NCBI GenBank assembly: GCA_048885865.1
Contig: JBHLLF010000003.1
Coordinates: forward strand, 32,001-96,000
Origin: Candidatus Hermodarchaeota archaeon
Lineage (GTDB): Archaea > Asgardarchaeota > Thorarchaeia > Thorarchaeales > Thorarchaeaceae
Reading direction: 5' to 3'
DNA length: 64,000 nt
Below the pieces are notes generated by a model that worked only from the letters and a program-made list of their open reading frames with translations, was not told the DNA's origin and made no database searches. Position 1 is the stretch's first letter; the number at the start of each line of letters is the position of its first letter. Both the position numbers and the translations under genes were made by a program. This document shows positions 57,407 to 64,000 of this stretch, one piece after another.

Positions 57407-58537
57407 TTAGCCTTTGCTAGCTGCCCAATCATATGCCTCTTGAATAGGTGAACATCCGCCACATCGATGACATCCAGCCATCGTTTCACTCGGATTTATG
57501 TCCCCTTGGAAAAGGGCGGTTCCTACATCTTGAAAGAGCTTGACTGACTCTTCAAAATTGCCAACATATGTTGGTGTAAAATCAGCTAAATGACTGCCGG
57601 GTGCTGGGCGAAATGGAGCCACTATTGGGACCACTCCGGATTGTGCGAGCTCTTGTGCGAGTTGGACTGTCTTGCTCAAATCCTCTCCAAGACCATACAA
57701 GATGAAGGTACTAACATTACCCCTATCGAAGTACTCCAATGCATGCCGCCAACTCTCGCGGTAGTGATCCAACGAAGCATACTCGTGCTTTCCAGGACAC
57801 ATTTCCTTTCTGACCGCATCATCAGCACTTTCGATATGCATTCCAATTGCATTGGCCCCTGCCTGGAAAATCCCTTTGATGACCTCCTTGTTCATAGGGG
57901 GCTCAATCTGAACCCCTATTGGCAAGTCACTGACCTCACGAATCCCCTTAATTATCGCTATCAGTCGATCTCCTCCCATATCAGGAACATCCGGAGTCCC
58001 TGTAGTGAGAAGGATATTTGTGATAATTCCATCCTGCTCCGCAGCTTGGACTACCTCAGCCATTTGCCCTGGCTCTTTATCCAGCACAGTGTCGCCCCTG
58101 AGGTGGGAGGTGGGTATTGTGCAGAATTTGCATTGGTTTCCGTATTCCCAATATTTGCATGCTTGATAGACGGTGGTTGCAAGAGTACTGTCACAATGGA
58201 GTAGGGCTATCTGGTGATAGGGAATTCCATCAGAGGTGGTCCCACTAAGGAATTTGGGGCGAGGGACAACCTTGACTTCAATACTTCCATCATAGATCCA
58301 TTTCTCTGGGTCATTAGTTGGCTCGAGCAATCTGGAACCAAATCGTTTAGCCATCTCGCCTCGGCGAATGGGGATACCGCACGGTCTGCCATTGGGCAAA
58401 ATGAAGTACCTTCCACCAACAGGACCGGCTCCACCTTTTCTTCCAGAAGATTCCCCCTCTGGTAGAGTGGCTCCTTCCGTGAGAAGGCGAATCTTGAGGC
58501 GGAGGACATCGTCTGAATTCATTTTGCTCTTCTCCAC
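57407..58537 (-). CDS. Radical SAM protein (MSMEG_0568-like)
   Basis: RKGGAGP, LATTV.QACKYWEYGNQCKFC, C-terminal GCHRCGGC. Confidence 0.8.
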   Translation of the reverse strand: MEKSKMNSDDVLRLKIRLLTEGATLPEGESSGRKGGAGPVGGRYFILPNGRPCGIPIRRGEMAKRFGSRLLEPTNDPEKWIYDGSIEVKVVPRPKFLSGTTSDGIPYHQIALLHCDSTLATTVYQACKYWEYGNQCKFCTIPTSHLRGDTVLDKEPGQMAEVVQAAEQDGIITNILLTTGTPDVPDMGGDRLIAIIKGIREVSDLPIGVQIEPPMNKEVIKGIFQAGANAIGMHIESADDAVRKEMCPGKHEYASLDHYRESWRHALEYFDRGNVSTFILYGLGEDLSKTVQLAQELAQSGVVPIVAPFRPAPGSHLADFTPTYVGNFEESVKLFQDVGTALFQGDINPSETMAGCHRCGGCSPIQEAYDWAASKG

Positions 58538-58561
58538 GGTGGTTCCTGCCTTAATTTGTCT

Positions 58562-59680
58562 TCACTTGTGTACTTTCTTGCTCCTTATTGAATTCAGGAC
58601 CAGCTCTGGTAGGTCCATGACCTTGACCTGACCCTCACTTTGAGAATTTAGTAGATTCTTGCAGAATGGGCATGCAGTGACTATTGCTGTAGCATCAACG
58701 TCCCTTGCTTGCTGTATACGATCTGATCCAATCACTCTAGCCTTCTCTGGCCAGAGAAGTCGCATTCCAGCCCCATTACCACAGCACATGGCATTATCGC
58801 CATGACGCTCCATCTCGATAACCTTGTTACCTGTAACTCGCTGTATCACATTGCGGGGCGAATCATAGACTCCCATGTGTCTGCCCAAATGGCAGGGATC
58901 ATGGTACGTGAATCTGGCATCAGTTTCGTCAATTATCTGGTCCGAAATATGCTCTTCAAGAAACTCACTGATATGCCTGACAGGTACTCGCAAATCCAAT
59001 CCATGTTTTGCGTAGTCGCTCTTCAACACCCTGAAACAGCCAGGACATGTGGCGATAATCTCGTCGACGTCAAGCGAATTCAGGGCCTCTACATTGTGAC
59101 TCGCCTGCTCTAGACCTTTATCAACAAATCCAGTTCTTAGCAGAGGCGACCCACAACACCACTCATCTGGGAGCACAACCTCGAATCCCAGAGTGTCTAA
59201 GAGTTCGACTGTACTCTTGGCAATCTCTTTCTCACGATATGCAGAAGTGCATCCAGTGAAGTAGGCAATCCTCTTGCCTTTGTTCGGTTTAACCCTTATC
59301 CAGTCCGTTCTCTCGGAGTGCGGCTCACCAAAGGGGTTGTGGTGTTCTACTACATTCGCCACCATGGAGTCCAGACCAACAGGATATTGGCCATCTCTCA
59401 CAAGCATAGTTCGGCGGTGCTCCACAATCTCAGCAATATCAATCTCAGGAAGACACCATGTCAAGCAGTGTGAGCACTCAAGACACTGGTATAGGATTTC
59501 AATTCCCCGCTCGTCCAACTGCCTTGTGTCCTTTATCTCCTGATGTATAAGGAGGGCTCTCCCATGAGGAGTGGGAGAATCTGATCGCCATGCGAAGAAG
59601 GTCGGACAGACATGTCTGCACATCTTTGGGCAGGCACTGCACATCCGAACCTGACTGGGAATCATCTCCGGATCGATCAT
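58562..59680 (-). CDS. Fe-S oxidoreductase (4Fe-4S + two CCG domains)
   Basis: CSACPKMCRHVCP, CLECSHC, WCCG, YHDPC, CCGNGAG, TACPFC. Confidence 0.88.
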   Translation of the reverse strand: MIDPEMIPSQVRMCSACPKMCRHVCPTFFAWRSDSPTPHGRALLIHQEIKDTRQLDERGIEILYQCLECSHCLTWCLPEIDIAEIVEHRRTMLVRDGQYPVGLDSMVANVVEHHNPFGEPHSERTDWIRVKPNKGKRIAYFTGCTSAYREKEIAKSTVELLDTLGFEVVLPDEWCCGSPLLRTGFVDKGLEQASHNVEALNSLDVDEIIATCPGCFRVLKSDYAKHGLDLRVPVRHISEFLEEHISDQIIDETDARFTYHDPCHLGRHMGVYDSPRNVIQRVTGNKVIEMERHGDNAMCCGNGAGMRLLWPEKARVIGSDRIQQARDVDATAIVTACPFCKNLLNSQSEGQVKVMDLPELVLNSIRSKKVHK

Positions 59681-61101
59681 TCCCGTACCCCCAGTCCAAG
59701 TTTCCCAGGATTCATGATTCCTTTTGGATCGAGTGTCTTCTTGATCTGCTTTAGGACTTCAAAGGCAGATCCCATCTCTCCCTCGGTATAGGTTGTCCGT
59801 GAAAGGCCAACTCCGTGTTGATGGCTCATGGTACCTCCTTCTCTGAGGCAAGCCGCCACTCCAACATCCCATATCTTCCTATATGTAGACCAAGCAGTTT
59901 CTGCGTCCAGTTGACTGGTGAAAAAGATCATGTAGATGCTGCCGCCGTTTGGATACATATGAGAGAAATGGGAAAGGACTATGGGAGCGTGAGCCTCCAT
60001 GGCCTCCTTCATCGCATGATAGACGTTCTCCAGCTTGTCATATGTAGCCACTATATCGATGGTGTCAGCAATAGCATACCCAGAAGTGGTGAGCGGTCCG
60101 GGGTAGTACATGTCGTACCGGTGGTCCCACCATCTCTTCGCAGGGCCTTCCCCATAGTCATTCCCTCCATTTGACAGGCAAATCTCTACTGAAACACTCT
60201 CATCTATGTCATTCTTTGCTATGGACCCGTCAAAGCCCAGCATCAGCATGCAGTCACCGTCCTTGACATCGAAGTGACTGGTAACGTTCAGTGCGGTGTC
60301 TTCTGGGTCGTAGAGGCGGATCAAGGAAGGTACTACTCCACTCCTGAATATCTCGCGGATTGACTTCAGGCCACTCCTAACGTCGGGAAATGACATGCTC
60401 CTGAAGCGGCGCTCCTCTGGGATGGGGAACATGCGCAGAGTAGCTTCTGTGATGACTCCGAGTGTACCTTCTGAACCAATGAAAAGCTGCTTCAAATCTG
60501 GTCCCACTGAGTGTCTGGGTACAGCCTTAGTCCGGATAACACTGCCATCCGCAAGAACGACCTCAAGTCCTAGGGTAAGGTCTTCGATTTTCCCATACAG
60601 AGATGAAAGAGACCCTCCTGATCGTGTCGCAATGAATCCTCCAACATTCGACGCTCTGAGAGATGTTGGAGTATGTCCCATTGTATAGCCATGCCTGTTT
60701 ACTGCCTCTTCGAGCTCTATCCCAACAATGCCAGCTTGGACTGTGATTAACAATGACTCGTGGTCTATATCGAGGATCTTGTCCATCCGCTTCAGATCGA
60801 GTTGCATACCTCCGTAGATTGGGAGAGTTCCACCGCAGGTACCCGCTCCACCTCCGACGGGTGTGACTGGAATCTCCATCTCATTTGCGACCTTAAGGAC
60901 CTCAGAAACCTCCTCTGTAGATGCAGGGAAGACAATCAGGTCTGCAAGGGGCAGAGATTCACCTGCTCGAATCTTGGCTTCACTCAGGGGCCATGCATCA
61001 TGTGCGTTGAGTACAGCATCGGTCTCTTGAACTGTAACATTCTCAGGTCCGACGAGGGATTCCATCCTTTTCACAAGCTTTGTCTTTGTCTTAGAATCCA
61101 A
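59677..61101 (-). CDS. FAD-linked oxidoreductase, alkyl-DHAP synthase-like (VAO family)
   Basis: PVGGG, GGFIATRSGG..S..YGKIED, GPDLKQLFIGSEGTLGVIT, HFSHMY..G.SIY, SHQHGVG, MNPGKL. Confidence 0.75.
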   Translation of the reverse strand: MDSKTKTKLVKRMESLVGPENVTVQETDAVLNAHDAWPLSEAKIRAGESLPLADLIVFPASTEEVSEVLKVANEMEIPVTPVGGGAGTCGGTLPIYGGMQLDLKRMDKILDIDHESLLITVQAGIVGIELEEAVNRHGYTMGHTPTSLRASNVGGFIATRSGGSLSSLYGKIEDLTLGLEVVLADGSVIRTKAVPRHSVGPDLKQLFIGSEGTLGVITEATLRMFPIPEERRFRSMSFPDVRSGLKSIREIFRSGVVPSLIRLYDPEDTALNVTSHFDVKDGDCMLMLGFDGSIAKNDIDESVSVEICLSNGGNDYGEGPAKRWWDHRYDMYYPGPLTTSGYAIADTIDIVATYDKLENVYHAMKEAMEAHAPIVLSHFSHMYPNGGSIYMIFFTSQLDAETAWSTYRKIWDVGVAACLREGGTMSHQHGVGLSRTTYTEGEMGSAFEVLKQIKKTLDPKGIMNPGKLGLGVRE

Positions 61102-61111
61102 CTCTCACACC

Positions 61112-62347
61112 TCACCCTTTGGGTAGTCTCTGCGCAATGAAGACTGTAAGGTCGTCCACTTCCACTGAGCTACCGCTCTTGAACAAGTTTGACTCGATTT
61201 GTGCAGTGCATAGAGGACATGGTGTCACTAGTCGCTCAGCTCCAGTCTTATCAATCGCAGATAGGTTCTCTTGGACAACTGATTCTGCAACATCCTTTGA
61301 ATGATATGCAACCATGCCTCCTCCTCCACAACACGAGTCTTCAGCCTCTGAAATGACAACTCTGACTCCCCCTATTGTTCGCAAGATTTCGATTGCATCC
61401 AGCATTGTTCGACGAGAGGTATGTCTTATGAGATGACAAGGATCATGCACAGTAACTGTTACCTCACTGAATTCCTTGGAGGAACCAAGGGCTTCTTTCA
61501 GTCTGTCCAGACCAACCTCTTCAGATAGATACTCAACCATGTGATAGATAGGGATATTCCACTTGTCGCGCAAGCTGACATCTGATAGATTGGATATACA
61601 ACCAGCACATGTTGTGACAACCTTCTTGACTCCAAGCTCATCGATTTTCTTTTTCAGCAAAACCGCCAACTGTCTGGAAGTTTCAGCATCACCCATGAGG
61701 GCAGATGGTAATCCACAACAGCTCATATCATCAAGTAGAGTATAGTCTACACCAAAATAGCTGAGGACTGCTTTTGCAGCCTCACGGATTTCTTGGGCCC
61801 GTTCTTCCGCTTGACAACCAGGATAGAACAAGACTTCAGCATCCTTCTTGGTTACATCTTCAATATATGGGATGCCTAGGCGTTCAAGCCGTACATCGCG
61901 ACTTTCAGCTTTCTCTTCAGGATCCTCCCAGGGCTCAAATGCTAGGTTATGCTCCATAATGATTTCCCGAACTATATGAAGACCCTTTGGAACAAGGTCA
62001 GGACGATGCTCAAAGATGCGCGCTCGAACAAGATTAACTACTTCAGGAATATCGACATTTTTCGGACAGACTTCTCTGCATGTCCCACAGCCAGTACAGA
62101 GGTAGACCTTGTCTCCAGTTGACCAGAACTCAGGAGGAGAACGGCTGAGTTCAACAGCAATGCTCCTGGGTCCTGAAAAACGGTCTACTCCAACTGCTGC
62201 TACAACGGGACAATGATTGATGCAGAGACCACAGTTGATGCATTCCTCAACAGAATGAATGGTTTCAATCTCGTTCTTCTGATATGGGGTGATTCGTTCC
62301 TCCTTCAGGGTATTCTTAGCAAATTCAAAGGCCTCTTCTTCAGTCAT
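61112..62347 (-). CDS. glpC: Anaerobic glycerol-3-phosphate dehydrogenase subunit C-like
   Basis: CINCGLC..CP, CTGCGTC, two CCG domains; directly follows glpB. Confidence 0.78.
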   Translation of the reverse strand: MTEEEAFEFAKNTLKEERITPYQKNEIETIHSVEECINCGLCINHCPVVAAVGVDRFSGPRSIAVELSRSPPEFWSTGDKVYLCTGCGTCREVCPKNVDIPEVVNLVRARIFEHRPDLVPKGLHIVREIIMEHNLAFEPWEDPEEKAESRDVRLERLGIPYIEDVTKKDAEVLFYPGCQAEERAQEIREAAKAVLSYFGVDYTLLDDMSCCGLPSALMGDAETSRQLAVLLKKKIDELGVKKVVTTCAGCISNLSDVSLRDKWNIPIYHMVEYLSEEVGLDRLKEALGSSKEFSEVTVTVHDPCHLIRHTSRRTMLDAIEILRTIGGVRVVISEAEDSCCGGGGMVAYHSKDVAESVVQENLSAIDKTGAERLVTPCPLCTAQIESNLFKSGSSVEVDDLTVFIAQRLPKG

Positions 62348-63745
62348 TTAGCCCACCTCCTTTGCCAATTCAGCCGCGACCTGACCTGCAGCAAAGCCAG
62401 TACTGAGAGCAACCCCCAATCCACTCTTCTCCAATGAGTAGTTATACTTGGCCAAAATTGATCCGGCGCAGAATAGATTCTTTGCTCTTTCAACACCATT
62501 AGCATCGATAGGTCGAAAGTCCGTATCTACAGCAAGACCAGAACCAAATACTGCATGTCCATCTGGACTAAGCGAAAAAATGTTAGTATGGTAGGCGGGA
62601 CGCACATCCTCAGCAGGATGCAGACTGGCAGTCACAGGCAGGAGATCGAAAACGGTTTCTCTGATTCCATTCTCATCAGCTTCTAATCCGCCCCCAATAA
62701 ACTTCCCAGTTGCTAGGACAACTGCCTTCGGGGAGATGGTGATTTCCCGACGTGGACTTCTGGCAACAACGCTCTCCACCAATTCATTCTTGACGGTTGC
62801 AGAAACCGCTTGATGCCCAATTAGAAGAGAACCCCCAGCATTTCTGAATGCTCTATCCATTGCTCTTTGTAACCGAAGACCTGGAACAGAGGGAGGTAGA
62901 GCTAGTAGTTCAAATACCTCCACATCGAGTTCATTTTGTAGACGAGACTGATTCCGTGATGCGTTTTCAATTCCCAAGATAGGGGGAAGTGCAATATGGG
63001 TGGCTCCCAGTTGGTCCACATGCGGCTTTAGGGCAGAGGCTAGACTCATTATGGACTCCTCGTGGTCGAAATGTCTAGCGAGTTCAATGGATGAGATATT
63101 GTATGGCTTTCCAAATGGAGTGATTTCCGAAATGCAGTGCCCGACTTTGTGGGGCGGCTCACCGGTCCGCAGCTGGTTCTCGAGATATGCTCTGGTGGCT
63201 GAGAGTGCATTGAAATCCGCGTGCCCACGAAAGCCAGCGAAGATAAGCACGTTATCAGCGTTTGAATTCAGAGTTTCAGACCACATTGTTTCTTGAATCA
63301 GACATGTTGGCTTGGTAGTTCCAAGCACAGATATTGGAAATATATTCCGTTCGAAATCTCCAATAAGAGCGGCGCAAGAACCAGCCAGTCGCTCCTTTAG
63401 CCATGAAATGGCCCCCTTCAAATGACCAATGACAGTTTCCAGGTTTTTACCCTCGTCATCCTGAAATCCAATGATACCATAGGGATGAAAGGGAAACAGG
63501 CTCAATATTGCATCAAGCCCTTGAGAGGGATTCTTGAATGGAACCTCCTTATCTGGAAGATACTCCTTGAGGGCAAGTCCTTCGGGGGGGTATCCAATGA
63601 TGTCTATGGCACCAGATGAATATGCAGTGGCACTCTGACCAGTTCTTAAGACCAAGGTCTCTAGACCATTCTCTGACGCAACTGTGCCTGCTACAAGGCC
63701 AGCCATTCCACCACCGATGACTAAGACATCCGGATTGGTGTTCAA
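62348..63745 (-). CDS. glpB: Anaerobic glycerol-3-phosphate dehydrogenase subunit B
   Basis: IGGGMAG, SSGAID, LPPSVPGLRL, LATGKFIGGGL, GSILA..EKSGLGVA. Confidence 0.9.
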   Translation of the reverse strand: MNTNPDVLVIGGGMAGLVAGTVASENGLETLVLRTGQSATAYSSGAIDIIGYPPEGLALKEYLPDKEVPFKNPSQGLDAILSLFPFHPYGIIGFQDDEGKNLETVIGHLKGAISWLKERLAGSCAALIGDFERNIFPISVLGTTKPTCLIQETMWSETLNSNADNVLIFAGFRGHADFNALSATRAYLENQLRTGEPPHKVGHCISEITPFGKPYNISSIELARHFDHEESIMSLASALKPHVDQLGATHIALPPILGIENASRNQSRLQNELDVEVFELLALPPSVPGLRLQRAMDRAFRNAGGSLLIGHQAVSATVKNELVESVVARSPRREITISPKAVVLATGKFIGGGLEADENGIRETVFDLLPVTASLHPAEDVRPAYHTNIFSLSPDGHAVFGSGLAVDTDFRPIDANGVERAKNLFCAGSILAKYNYSLEKSGLGVALSTGFAAGQVAAELAKEVG

Positions 63746-64000
63746 CTAGCCAACCTCCTCCCAGGGTTTGGGGTCGTATTCAACATCAATTTGGTCAAGA
63801 TTGCCGACGCAAGCATAGAGACCTTGCGCCACTTCTTCTTGGGCTAATTGGGTGCCTCTCATTGGAGGTCTAATCCCTTTCCAACGCTCAGCACGGAAGT
63901 CCATAATATCAACAAGATAATCTGCACCGACCAAATCGAGTTCGTCGGCAAGGATTGCTGCAGCTTTGTATGTGCAGAAGGTACCCTGACACGGGCCAGT
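63746..64000 (-). CDS. glpA: Anaerobic glycerol-3-phosphate dehydrogenase subunit A, C-terminal fragment (runs off right edge)
   Basis: In-frame GPCQGTFC...ERWKGIRP (BFD-like C-terminus), abutting glpB. Confidence 0.85.
   Translation of the reverse strand, partial: TGPCQGTFCTYKAAAILADELDLVGADYLVDIMDFRAERWKGIRPPMRGTQLAQEEVAQGLYACVGNLDQIDVEYDPKPWEEVG

Noticed and set aside
57590-58204. 204-aa antisense ORF (also 31459-31989, 23706-24185, 46730-47200, 27113-27568)
   Set aside because: Each lies entirely or almost entirely opposite a well-supported gene and has shadow-like composition.
1-64000. CRISPR array, tRNA/rRNA, transposase/integrase or defence island
   Set aside because: No spaced direct repeats, cloverleaf or rRNA signatures, or mobile-element motifs were seen by eye. 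tRNAscan-SE and Infernal would be needed to exclude small RNAs formally.

Overview
Gene-dense archaeal DNA, most likely from an Asgard archaeon (Thorarchaeia-like). This is inferred from archaeal TATA/SD signals, PAC2, PDCD5, an archaeal presenilin-type protease and several eukaryotic-signature-like genes. I saw no rRNA, tRNA, CRISPR array or mobile element. Housekeeping content: a partial ChlI-type AAA+ ATPase, thrC, serB, IMPase, PGI/PMI, a dpp ABC transporter, SPFH/NfeD, an ArcE-type P-loop enzyme, PaaK-like ligase, TatD, RsmB, ALDH and a glpABC/AGPS-like operon. The main candidate system is a ~29.3-40.1 kb cluster. It holds three paralogous Cdc48-N-like + vWA proteins (the domain order of the GATOR1 subunit DEPDC5/Iml1), a metallo-amidohydrolase with intact motifs, and a divergently transcribed fusion of catalytically degenerate copies of both. 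Close by are an E2F/DP-like winged-helix factor and an NPRL2-like longin-wHTH protein. Other notable items: two tandem, separately promoted stem/CU-loop candidate ncRNAs at ~5.95-6.3 kb, an orphan ESCRT-III, a GCS2 ligase with a long beta-sandwich tail beside a pseudo-amidohydrolase, a WH2-like motif in a helical-repeat protein, and a circularly permuted peptide-binding protein. All family calls come from recognising motifs by eye; no searches were run.
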